From the NCBI GenBank assembly GCA_015523325.1, contig WAKO01000015.1, positions 9,812 to 73,811 of the forward strand: a stretch of 64,000 nt of DNA, given 5' to 3'. Below are positions 39,501-48,145 of this stretch, piece by piece. The DNA is from Candidatus Micrarchaeota archaeon (GTDB lineage Archaea; Micrarchaeota; Micrarchaeia; Anstonellales; J096). Each line of letters begins with the position of its first letter. The stretch's first letter is position 1. The notes under the pieces were generated by a model. It was not told the DNA's origin. It made no database searches and worked only from the letters and a program-made list of their open reading frames with translations. A program made the position numbers and the translations under genes.

Positions 39501-41849
39501 TCCATCATCAAAGTATTTAACTCCTTTAAAGCTTCCTATGTTTGAAGGAAATAATGGAGAGTTAAAATCAGTTATTCTTCCATTATCATCCACTATTGAG
39601 ATTGGACCATTTTCTCCTAACTCCTCTGGGAAAAGCCAAGCGTCTTCCCTTTCCTTAATATTATAACCTCCTCCAGATGTATTAACCAAAGTGAATATAT
39701 CGTCTCCTCTTAAGTTAGTATAACACCTATAATCGCTTGGAGATAAATCTTCATTAAGTATTGGATAAGATTTATCAAACAGATTGGTTCCTACAAATAT
39801 AACTTCAGTTTGTGGACCTACAGATGCAAAAGCTATAGAAAATGTAGAGGAGTAATATGAATCAGAAATACTAGGTATTAATGAATTTCCTGTTTGATCT
39901 TTACACCCTCCAAATATATTTAAGTTTCCGCACACGTCTTCCAAAAACCCTCCAGGATCTGCATCAAGAGTTAGATTTACATCATTGTTTGGATATCTTT
40001 GGTCTATGTTTCTACACACATCTTCCAAATTAATATCCTTTATATAATTTCTTCCATCAAATATTATTCCAACATATTTATCAGATATTTCTTTTCTTAT
40101 ATCTTGAGCGCTACAGTAGTAAGGATCTGTACTATTAATGTTTTGGTTCTCTCTTGCAGTTATATTATAGTCAACATAAACAAAAATACTTCCTCCCAAA
40201 TGAGCAAGATAAATAAACCTATCGCTTCCTTCTCCATAATAATAAGGTTTCATTACAAGAACTTTTGGATGTTTTTCAACCAAATCTTTTTCTGAGAGAT
40301 AGGGTTTGTTTGGGGAGGATTGGCTAATTGGAGTTCCATCAAATAAATTATAGGAGTCAGGATATAAATAGTTGCAATCACCTCCTGTACAGCCACAAGG
40401 AACTTCTACAAGCTCTCCATTTTCAATTGCTGTGCAAGAGCTCCTATAATAATCTTTTTTATTGCAAAAAGAGGAAAGGCAATCTTGCCCACTCCTACAT
40501 TCATATTCAGCCCCAATCCTTTCCCTTCCCTCCTTATCCATACTTCCAAATTTAAACTGTTCATAATAAGTAGGAACTCTCCTTAATAATTCTGGATAGG
40601 AGTTGAGAGGGGCTCCTTCTAAAATTGTTATTGTTGAGTTCTCATAAATGCCTTGGGTTATGTTTCTAATTTTTCCAAGAGAACTTGATTTAGCTTTAGA
40701 AAAAGTAGGAAGGTAGTACTCATCTCCCTTTCTTTCAGAAGAAAATTCAAAACTCCCTAAATCTTGAGAAGAGCTAACCAAGCTTTGAAGAATTTCTTTA
40801 TCAAAAGATAAGCCAAATAAATAAGGAGTTACATAAACCTCATATCCCTTTTCATTAAACAACTCTCCATTATTTAAGAAAGGTATTTGCTTACTTTTGT
40901 ATTCTTGAGAATAGCAAAAAGAAAGAGAAGAGAAAGGTTTTTTCTCATTAGGAGAGAAGAGAAAATCTTGCTTTGCATTTAACATACATTCCGCAAAAGT
41001 AGTGAAGTTATTTATCCTCTCAGAACTTGAAGGAGAATAACCATTCAACACCCAATAATCTCCTTTCTTAACACAAAGTTGCTGATTATTTATCATTTCC
41101 TCAGTTAAATAAGTATAATAATCATCCACAAACCCAGAAGGGTTTAAGGCTAACATGTAGGAGGAGAAAGGAACTAAAGTTCTTGCTATCTCAAAGTCCT
41201 CAAAACTCCTTCCAGCCCCTATCCTATAGGTTACGAATAAAGCTCTTTGTGACTTAAGCTTTTCTAATGAGGAAGGAGTTAGTTCTCTAAACTCACACCT
41301 CGCATAAAGGAAATTAGATTGAGTTGAAACTAAATATTGGAAGTTATAATTAGGCAATCTATAGGTTAAGGAAACTCCTTCTCCAAAAACTCTTCTATTC
41401 TCTTCAGCATCAGCTATGGAAAAGGATTCTTTTTGAGGAGAATAATACATAGAAGGATAACATACTAGGTAAGTGCAACCAAATTCACACTTCTCTCCTG
41501 CCAAAAAGGTTCCAGGACAAGGAGAAACTTCTAAAGGAGAGGGAAACTCAACTATCTCATTATTAACTTTATCCCTTAAAGCACATATCTTACAAAATCC
41601 TGTTTCTTGAAATTCACTACAATCATACCAGTTTCCTCCACACCCTCCACAATCAATTCCAGAAGGACATTGTTTTTGGGAAAGTCCAACATAATCATCT
41701 GAAAATACTTGAGGAAGTGCATTGTTTTCCAAAACATCCTCCATGTTTGTTATACAAAGCTCTCCAACCTCTCTTAAACATCCTTGCAAAAATAATAGAG
41801 AGAGGAAAAGGATTATAAGGAAAGGCTTAAGGCCAAGTTTTATTCTCAT
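36573..41849 (-). CDS. Giant Cys-rich secreted or lipobox-like surface protein
   Basis: 1758 aa. N-terminus MRIKLGLKPFLIILFLSLLFLQGC, many Cys clusters (CPSGIDCGGCGGNWYDC; CRSGQDCLSSFC; CGCTGGDC), and no C-terminal TM. Confidence 0.8.
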   Translation of the reverse strand: MRIKLGLKPFLIILFLSLLFLQGCLREVGELCITNMEDVLENNALPQVFSDDYVGLSQKQCPSGIDCGGCGGNWYDCSEFQETGFCKICALRDKVNNEIVEFPSPLEVSPCPGTFLAGEKCEFGCTYLVCYPSMYYSPQKESFSIADAEENRRVFGEGVSLTYRLPNYNFQYLVSTQSNFLYARCEFRELTPSSLEKLKSQRALFVTYRIGAGRSFEDFEIARTLVPFSSYMLALNPSGFVDDYYTYLTEEMINNQQLCVKKGDYWVLNGYSPSSSERINNFTTFAECMLNAKQDFLFSPNEKKPFSSLSFCYSQEYKSKQIPFLNNGELFNEKGYEVYVTPYLFGLSFDKEILQSLVSSSQDLGSFEFSSERKGDEYYLPTFSKAKSSSLGKIRNITQGIYENSTITILEGAPLNSYPELLRRVPTYYEQFKFGSMDKEGRERIGAEYECRSGQDCLSSFCNKKDYYRSSCTAIENGELVEVPCGCTGGDCNYLYPDSYNLFDGTPISQSSPNKPYLSEKDLVEKHPKVLVMKPYYYGEGSDRFIYLAHLGGSIFVYVDYNITARENQNINSTDPYYCSAQDIRKEISDKYVGIIFDGRNYIKDINLEDVCRNIDQRYPNNDVNLTLDADPGGFLEDVCGNLNIFGGCKDQTGNSLIPSISDSYYSSTFSIAFASVGPQTEVIFVGTNLFDKSYPILNEDLSPSDYRCYTNLRGDDIFTLVNTSGGGYNIKEREDAWLFPEELGENGPISIVDDNGRITDFNSPLFPSNIGSFKGVKYFDDGRGPFLRGVILEREAIPAPSKTFVKENTQEMYIMNYFTGNPEFFEQLVEQYEKERLFLASYGEVGPWVDVNYSLLFFDLASDVSPMLPIGFEKQTDLGFQDGKRCAVIESGIPVISYGAKGQDLSLARLSDLRDYLFLAPKAWPSSTSPSNYETDSTYLNYLSYSGTSQNDFPVYDNCNENQEIEYAFCFNPYITKYPNSLYQGDSLMLNLSNSPYSINPELCAELPPKYFCLGSWVGDEYEGTCFGDMAVSAFVFKDEISDGKFGKCIANDTLTGLRVNEFGYCEGSSPLNLAFEEIESSIEISSKTSQYIPDVINFTSFFDEKSSFRGTLNLIALSKNIDGTELIKEVGRILSPTPPFIETIILNYPEESSLRSLWYDVLYTCMIDKDCDKLEPPSRFIDYWEWNPVDWELHRKYLGKEGCLAYGIGCDKRYAGAVETRYIRVERLWEYEFLDPIANTFLYSYTLPSKAYLYFLSLVDADPPLEKFSINYEKVSGGSEEDYEEGRYRFDLQDLPDEANFSFYGVFTKAPKSEEFVVAPRVTFYSNESFNPPNFYPSNYYLKDRLISYMGRGILPVLIVDDPSLYEVKYTNLDKGYDPFFKPSVEELSLSLPLLKLLQDVQLAIRDPYNERGFSFFSKADTGTAIIVTNKLILDSDNKALYSERGYSVNNQNTISRIKAVKASCKDCLVGISIAFDKPLSSLETSDLQEIFEDNARGLSKLSPFKDQREDKYDVVIFRVGFNIIGLDELRARSEVDKLVEISRLSLSTLGLPTIFYINDIVYANESELELFFSYLNYRKSALISNGNIGIQFEDVLNKNNIPGKRFYLLPSPEGICQFSRNLMSLGGFVNLKSSQPYDVADDCETPDCIPKKQCVSKIRCEIKKDEIAEFEISEYSEELSDFIGLSLSQTGFSLCDNETSKTVAIASQYVAPITFNIPPPGFNEENYCYPTALSPQELSEIFTQGIKYATCYPVE

Positions 41850-41858
41850 GATCTCCTC

Positions 41859-42896
41859 CTAAATAAGCCTGTTTAATAAAGACCCTATGTCTGCTCCTGT
41901 ATAGATTCCTTTGCTTAAAATAAGAGAGAAGTTGTTTATAAATATTGCAGTCAACGAGAGCGAAACAATTTGAGAAATTAAGAACTCAGTAGAAAGAATT
42001 AATCCTAAATCTTCCTCTATAGATTGTGGTTCTCCTAACGTTGGGTTGAATCCTCTAACCAATTGTTGTTCTGGGAGGATTAGGGCACTAGTGGCTACTA
42101 ACTTACAAAATGCTTGGTCAGCTTCAACAAAAAACTCTTCCTTATCTTCTAATATTAATTTTGGAACTCCAAAAAAGAACATTGCAGTTGTTATTGGATA
42201 AACATAATAAAACCCTATGGAAAGAGCTATAAGGAAGCTTCCTGCTGCTCTAAAGAAAGGAATTACTCTTAAAATTAAACCAAAGATCAGGAAATAGCCC
42301 ATGCTATCCTTTATATATCCTAAAGCTGAGTAAGCAACTGATAATCCAACAGCTATTGAGGTATCAATACTAGCCCTAATTATTAATTCATTTCCTCTCT
42401 TTATTGAAGAGAAAGAAGGATCTCCAAGGATTGGGTAGGAAAAGATAGAGAAGGTGGTACCTCCTTCTTTCAAATAATTAGAGGCTAACCTAGCATTTTT
42501 CATAGCTAATAAAAAGGCAGAGTTCATATTGTCAAATACAAGTGGTCTCAAATAGGACTCAATAAACCCTATTGTTCCTTCTGTTGGAGTGAAGATGAAA
42601 GGATAGAAGATTGTAGCAAGCCATTCAATTATTTTAAAGAGGAGAAAAAGTCCTGCCCAGAGAAGGGCAACTGCAATACTATCCAATATCTCAGCCTTTG
42701 CTTTAACAACTCCTTGTTCATCACTAAATATTTTAGCAAACATATACCTCAAAACTGCTACTGCAAAAAATATTATTACTCCAATCAAGAATAGCTTTTC
42801 AAAGGATGCTATTTCATTAGGAGAGAGAAAAGCTGTTATTGTTGGCTCTTGGGAGAGATAAGGAAGATGGGAATTTAAAAGAACTAACTCAAGCAT
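41859..42896 (-). CDS. Polytopic membrane protein, paralog 6 of a six-member tandem family
   Basis: 345 aa. Carries the signature RVIPFFRAAGSFLIALSIGFYYVYP (nt 42195-42269), a TM1-charged loop-TM2 N-terminus, and a C-terminal TGAD tail. Confidence 0.8.
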   Translation of the reverse strand: MLELVLLNSHLPYLSQEPTITAFLSPNEIASFEKLFLIGVIIFFAVAVLRYMFAKIFSDEQGVVKAKAEILDSIAVALLWAGLFLLFKIIEWLATIFYPFIFTPTEGTIGFIESYLRPLVFDNMNSAFLLAMKNARLASNYLKEGGTTFSIFSYPILGDPSFSSIKRGNELIIRASIDTSIAVGLSVAYSALGYIKDSMGYFLIFGLILRVIPFFRAAGSFLIALSIGFYYVYPITTAMFFFGVPKLILEDKEEFFVEADQAFCKLVATSALILPEQQLVRGFNPTLGEPQSIEEDLGLILSTEFLISQIVSLSLTAIFINNFSLILSKGIYTGADIGSLLNRLI

Positions 42897-42939
42897 ATTA
42901 CCCCTTTCTCAGAGCAAATATAAAATTTTAATGGAAAAA

Positions 42940-44031
42940 TTACCAAGTAATTATTCCGCTCATTCTTATAAACATCTCCATAAGATTATTGCTTTCCCCT
43001 AAAAGCCTTAGTAAAGATCTAACAACAACAGCCATTATTATCAAATTTATAGAGCCAAACAAAACTACCCTAAATATTAATCCCGCATAGGCCTCAATTA
43101 TATTTGAAACATTTATAACAACTCCTGATTTATCTTCAATAATAACATTTGTTCCACTTCCCTTAATCTTCCATTCATCAGTTAAAGTTCCCAAAGAGAG
43201 TTGAAGAAAAGATTGGCTTATGGAAGGAATTCTATCATTAGTTAGCTTAGAAGCTGAGGAGAAATCGGTTGCAATCAAATCATTTGAATTCAAATTTGGT
43301 AAGCCAAGAACATACGCTTCTAAAACTATTAAAAGAGGGTAAAAAACATAAAAAGAGAGGATTAAGGCAAATAGCACATTAGCAAAGGTTCTAGTGAATG
43401 GAATTAATCTCATAACTATCATTATTGAGAGAACAGCTACAATGTTTTGAGAGAGAAAGAACTTTATAAGAACTAGCTGGGAAAATGCAAAAAGAAAAAC
43501 AGTTGTGAAAAGCAAAGAGGAGATTTGGAATAAAAAGCGAGTAGCCCACTCTAAATCAGAAAAAGGATAAATAAAGGTTTGGGGAGCTCCTAGCAAACAA
43601 ATTAAAAAACTATTTGAAGCACATTTTGAGATGCTTATTCTTGTTAAATAAAGCAAGTGCATTAAAGCCCAATTATTTGCTGCTGAGAGTTCTAAGGAGG
43701 AAGCAGTGAGGGAAAGTGAATAATCATAAGCAGCCTCATAAAAACAATCTCCTTGGAGTATTCCTTGCTTTCCTGTAATGCTCTCCATAAAATCATTCAG
43801 CAAAGATGAGGAGGTGTCTTTGAAAAAAGAAACTATTATTATTAGAAAAACTATTATGAAACCATCTGCAATAACATTCCATATTTCTTCTCTTGCCCAA
43901 AAGGATACTTTTTCATCCCCTATTATGCGTGAGGCTATGAAAGCTATTGCTATTATTCCGAATGAAACAAGAACACTTAAAGAGAGTAAAGAAACATCAA
44001 TTGAAAATGCTGTGGAACATAAATCTGCCAT
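42940..44031 (-). CDS. Polytopic membrane protein, paralog 5
   Basis: 363 aa. Signature RLIPFTRTFANVLFALILSFYVFYP (nt 43336-43410) and C-terminal RLLGESNN. Confidence 0.8.
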   Translation of the reverse strand: MADLCSTAFSIDVSLLSLSVLVSFGIIAIAFIASRIIGDEKVSFWAREEIWNVIADGFIIVFLIIIVSFFKDTSSSLLNDFMESITGKQGILQGDCFYEAAYDYSLSLTASSLELSAANNWALMHLLYLTRISISKCASNSFLICLLGAPQTFIYPFSDLEWATRFLFQISSLLFTTVFLFAFSQLVLIKFFLSQNIVAVLSIMIVMRLIPFTRTFANVLFALILSFYVFYPLLIVLEAYVLGLPNLNSNDLIATDFSSASKLTNDRIPSISQSFLQLSLGTLTDEWKIKGSGTNVIIEDKSGVVINVSNIIEAYAGLIFRVVLFGSINLIIMAVVVRSLLRLLGESNNLMEMFIRMSGIITW

Positions 44032-44038
44032 CTTATCC

Positions 44039-45148
44039 TCATCCTCCTGAAATGTAGTAGGTTAACCTTCCTATTATGAATGGGCTTATCTCAGCTCCAA
44101 GTATCTTCGCTATTCCTCCAACAATAGAAACAAAAGTTAGTAATGTTATTCCCTGCGCCAATATTACAAAAAACACAAAGGAAGAAATAACACTACCTGA
44201 AGAGGTTATTGCATTCTTAACCTTAGATAAGTAAGAAGTTAGTTTTGAGTTAGGGCAAGGAAAGACTAAAGCTTCTACTCCTGAAAGCTCAACTTTTATA
44301 GAGTTATAGAAGGAATTTATTTGGTTTTGTATTGCTGCTTGGCCAGTAAAGTAAGTGTTAACAACAGCATTTGAAACTAAGATGGAGAAGGGCATTATTG
44401 AATACAAACCTATTGCTAATGCTAAGAAAAATGCTCCTCCACCTCTAGTTATTGGATTAGCTCTAAGTATTATTCCAATTGCAAGCAAAACAGTTATTGC
44501 TTCTTGGGAAGAGAGTTGTTCTATTAAAAACCTCTGAAACTCTAAAGCCATATAAGCAATTCCCAAAAAATAAGAAAATCCAGACATTGGTCTTATCACC
44601 GCATTATAAGCAGTGCATGGACTTAGAGAGGCTCCAGCATCTGCAGCAGGGTTTGATAAAAAACCTCTAATTCCACTACTTTCAGGATCACTACTTCTTG
44701 GAAATTCTATGGAAGTGGAGGAAAGGAAAGAAACCTGAGAAGTTAGAGAGGCCATAGCACTAGCATCTCTTAAAAAGGAAGAATGAGCATTTAGAATATC
44801 GCTCAAAACTCCTGCATTATAATCAAGAACTAAAAGGGAAGAGCTAATCAATGCATTTCTAGAAGCATTTGCCCCTGTAGTGTAGGAGTATATTGTTGCT
44901 CCTCCTATCTTCTTATTTATATAATCTGCCAACAAACCAAATAAATTATTGGCTACATCAGAAAATAGGAAAGACGTTAAAGCAACAAACAAAGCTAGGA
45001 AAAGAACATATTCAAAGAACTCGTTTCTTGAAATTATTATTAGGGAGGAGTTTTGGAGAGCCTTGCCTATCATAAACATTAAACTATAGAAGAGGACTGG
45101 AAAAACGATGATAGGGGCTAAAGGGGAGAGCTCAACCATATAACTCAA
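44039..45148 (-). CDS. Polytopic membrane protein, paralog 4
   Basis: 369 aa. Signature RANPITRGGGAFFLALAIGLYSIMP (nt 44390-44464), preceded by QRFLIEQLSSQEAI, with C-terminal KILGAEIS. Confidence 0.8.
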   Translation of the reverse strand: MSYMVELSPLAPIIVFPVLFYSLMFMIGKALQNSSLIIISRNEFFEYVLFLALFVALTSFLFSDVANNLFGLLADYINKKIGGATIYSYTTGANASRNALISSSLLVLDYNAGVLSDILNAHSSFLRDASAMASLTSQVSFLSSTSIEFPRSSDPESSGIRGFLSNPAADAGASLSPCTAYNAVIRPMSGFSYFLGIAYMALEFQRFLIEQLSSQEAITVLLAIGIILRANPITRGGGAFFLALAIGLYSIMPFSILVSNAVVNTYFTGQAAIQNQINSFYNSIKVELSGVEALVFPCPNSKLTSYLSKVKNAITSSGSVISSFVFFVILAQGITLLTFVSIVGGIAKILGAEISPFIIGRLTYYISGG

Positions 45149-45224
45149 CCTACATTCTTTAACAATCTTTTCTATTTCTTTTCTATTTTTTCAAATTTAT
45201 TTTTTTCCCTTAATCCCAAGATTC

Positions 45225-47207
45225 TTACCTAAAGAGCTTGTTTATTGCTGGAAGGAACATATCTCCCTCCATAAATGAAGAGAATCCCGCAACACTATAA
45301 ATTGTTGCAATTAGAGCTAGTAAAGGAATTCCATAAGTAGCAAATATTACCTTTCCTAAATCCAATAGCTGAGATTGTTCATTTGCAAACAAAACAGTTA
45401 CAAGAGGGGCCCTATTAGCACAAAGACTACAATCCACATAAGTTGGATAATATCTTAGGTTGGTTGGGTAGTTTTCACATCCAGAACAAGTTCCATAAGC
45501 GCTTGGCAAAGGTTCCACAACAACCTCAAAATAATTTTTAAGATTTTGTCTATTAATGAGGAGGGTTGACCAATCCTCATAATTAAATATTCCTTTTGAT
45601 TGCTCATACCATCCATTTCCTCCAAAACAATTGTATTCAGCAAAGCAAACGTCCTCTGTATAATTATCAAATTTTAAAATGTAGTTGCTGCCTGTGTAAT
45701 AAGCATCAATACTCCTACATTGAGTAGGGCAAAAAACATTAAAGCTATCTTTTGTTCCAGGAACTATATTTGGAAGGCTCCTACAATCAGTTGGGCACTC
45801 AATCTCATACTTTTGAATGTCATCAGAAGGAGAAGAGAGCTCAAATATCTCATTATAAAGTTGCTCATTCTCATATGCATACATCTTCTTAAAACATTGA
45901 GGATAATTATCATACAAAACTTTGCAAGCTCTCTCTGCATCTCTACATTGAATTGAATCATCTGGGTATGGGAGGGTTCTACACTCCTCAAAACAATAAA
46001 GCCCTGTTGTGTCTTGAGGAGTAGCGTTAGGGGAAAGAGGGGTTAAGGTTAATCTACTCCCTCTCCTTATCTCGTAAAGTTGCTCAAAACCTGCTTCTTC
46101 AGAATATCCTTTCAATGTTGCTAAGGAAACAACATCATTAGCATAATCTAAAGCACCTAGCTCTCTTGCATAATACTCACAAGAGTAGAATGTTGTAGAA
46201 GTTTGAGGATCAACAAATGTTTCTGTTTCCCCTCTAATAAATTCAGGAGCAAATTGGTAGAGGGCTATTTCATTACTAAAAACTTGCTTTGGATTTGTTT
46301 TATCATAAAAAGCTATTACATTGTTAAAGCAAACTGAAGGGCAAACTTCATAAGAAGATTCTTGCAATTGAGAGATTGGTTGGAAGAAAGGAAAGTAGAA
46401 GAGAAACATAAATGTGGGGTAAAATAGCATTATCCCTAAACCAACAGCAATTAGAGTAGAACCTATTCTCCTACTAAATATAAAAATTCTTAATAGAATT
46501 CCTACAGCCAATATAGCCGGGCCAAATAAGGAGGTGGAAAGCTTAAGAGTAAAGAAGGATACTACAACTCCAATATAAGCAAACTCAAAGAAATCTCTTA
46601 GTATTAACTTTGGATAAGAAGAAGCTCCTTTATCATACTCATATCCAAAACTAGAATAAGCTGCAATTAGGTTTTCTATTCCAATATGAAAACCCAAAGT
46701 TACTTGGGATTTGGCTATTTCCTTGTTTATCTCAATAACTTTATTTTCCATTGGTTCTAAATAGGAGTTCTTTAAGTAGTTAAACACAAAGTTATCCAAA
46801 CAAAATCCATAACTGTTTTGAGGATCACAAGCAATAGCATAATCTTTTTCAAGGCTAACTAAGCCAACCAAAAAATCAACAAATGCTAGAGCAATTATTA
46901 GGAACATCACTATAGCTGTATTTGCTAGGAGTTCCTTTACTTCTATTCTGAAATAATACTTAAGGATTTGTAAATTAAAGAGATCTCCAAGCATATAAAG
47001 CAAAGCTGTTATAAAAACAGCAATAGCTAAAGAAAGGATTGCTAAAGCCTGCCAATTCTTCAAAATATCAAACAATATGCCAGAAGGAGCATTTTGGAGG
47101 TCTTGAAACCTTTGTTCTAGAGAAGTGGAAAAAGTTATAGCTAAAATAAAGGCAAGGAAGAAAATAAAAAGAAAATATCTGGATCTCTCTTCTTTCATAC
47201 TATTCAC
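45225..47207 (-). CDS. Polytopic membrane protein, paralog 3, with a ~330 aa Cys-rich extracytoplasmic insertion
   Basis: 660 aa. Signature RIFIFSRRIGSTLIAVGLGIMLFYP (nt 46416-46490). A Cys-rich domain follows (CFEECRTLPYPDDSIQCRDAERAC; CPTDCRS; CPTQCRS; CSGCENY), then a final TM. Confidence 0.8.
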   Translation of the reverse strand: MNSMKEERSRYFLFIFFLAFILAITFSTSLEQRFQDLQNAPSGILFDILKNWQALAILSLAIAVFITALLYMLGDLFNLQILKYYFRIEVKELLANTAIVMFLIIALAFVDFLVGLVSLEKDYAIACDPQNSYGFCLDNFVFNYLKNSYLEPMENKVIEINKEIAKSQVTLGFHIGIENLIAAYSSFGYEYDKGASSYPKLILRDFFEFAYIGVVVSFFTLKLSTSLFGPAILAVGILLRIFIFSRRIGSTLIAVGLGIMLFYPTFMFLFYFPFFQPISQLQESSYEVCPSVCFNNVIAFYDKTNPKQVFSNEIALYQFAPEFIRGETETFVDPQTSTTFYSCEYYARELGALDYANDVVSLATLKGYSEEAGFEQLYEIRRGSRLTLTPLSPNATPQDTTGLYCFEECRTLPYPDDSIQCRDAERACKVLYDNYPQCFKKMYAYENEQLYNEIFELSSPSDDIQKYEIECPTDCRSLPNIVPGTKDSFNVFCPTQCRSIDAYYTGSNYILKFDNYTEDVCFAEYNCFGGNGWYEQSKGIFNYEDWSTLLINRQNLKNYFEVVVEPLPSAYGTCSGCENYPTNLRYYPTYVDCSLCANRAPLVTVLFANEQSQLLDLGKVIFATYGIPLLALIATIYSVAGFSSFMEGDMFLPAINKLFR

Positions 47208-48138
47208 TTCCTAATGAGAATACATCAAAAATTTTCTTAAAGTTTGAGATAAAGCTGAAAACCAATCCAAGTATTAGATTTGGAATAAATACAGAGGTTA
47301 AAGTATAGATTTGCAAAAACGCTAAATCCTCACAAGTTATTGGAGTTAGAAAATAAAAAGAAAAACCAGAAGGAAGCTTTCCCTCCAACTCATCACAAAG
47401 GTCTAAATAAAGGCTTGCTATTGGATTGGAGAAGTCAATAAAAGGATAGAGAAAAACTGAATAAAGAGAAGGAAGTAGGAAAAATATTCCTATGAATAAG
47501 GAATACATGAAATCTCCTACAGAAGTAAAGCCTGGAATAATCCTTATTATTAAAGCTAAGAGAAGGAGGATAAAAATAGCATTGCTACTTACTAATAATT
47601 CTAAAATAAATCTTTGAATGGAGAGAGTAGCCAGGATTGCGTTTAAAGCTCCTATTCCCATATTAGCATTTTCCACAAATATAATATTTTTTGGAGCTGA
47701 TCTAGAAGGGAAAAAAGCAATCCCAGAGCCAAAGCTACTTATTTGCCTATAAACTATTGAATTAGGGCCAAACTCAGTAATTATTTGGTCTCTATAATAC
47801 TTTATCTTTCTTATTATTTGAAGTTGCATTATTTTTATTGACTCTCCTCCAGCTGTAACCAAAAACTCATAATCATCTCCTGCTGGAAGTAAATAGGAGA
47901 AAGTAAAGCAAAATAAAGAGAGCAAAGGTCCTGTTATTGCAAAAAATAAGGCAGAAATTGCAAAGTTTCTCATGAGATCTTGAAAAAGCAAAACTGCTCT
48001 TCTATCGTTTGGATTAGCTCTTGTATAAACAAAGAGAGCTATTGAGGAAAAAGCTAGGATTAAGATTAAAACTGCAATAGTTCCTTGATTTTTTAGCAAT
48101 TCATTAACCAAAGCTGTTGAAATGTCAAGGCACTTCAT
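47200..48138 (-). CDS. Polytopic membrane protein, paralog 2
   Basis: 312 aa. Signature RIIPGFTSVGDFMYSLFIGIFFLLP (nt 47470-47544), preceded by QRFILELLVSSNAI. It overlaps the next gene by 8 nt. Confidence 0.8.
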   Translation of the reverse strand: MKCLDISTALVNELLKNQGTIAVLILILAFSSIALFVYTRANPNDRRAVLLFQDLMRNFAISALFFAITGPLLSLFCFTFSYLLPAGDDYEFLVTAGGESIKIMQLQIIRKIKYYRDQIITEFGPNSIVYRQISSFGSGIAFFPSRSAPKNIIFVENANMGIGALNAILATLSIQRFILELLVSSNAIFILLLLALIIRIIPGFTSVGDFMYSLFIGIFFLLPSLYSVFLYPFIDFSNPIASLYLDLCDELEGKLPSGFSFYFLTPITCEDLAFLQIYTLTSVFIPNLILGLVFSFISNFKKIFDVFSLGSE

Positions 48139-48145
48139 GCTATCC

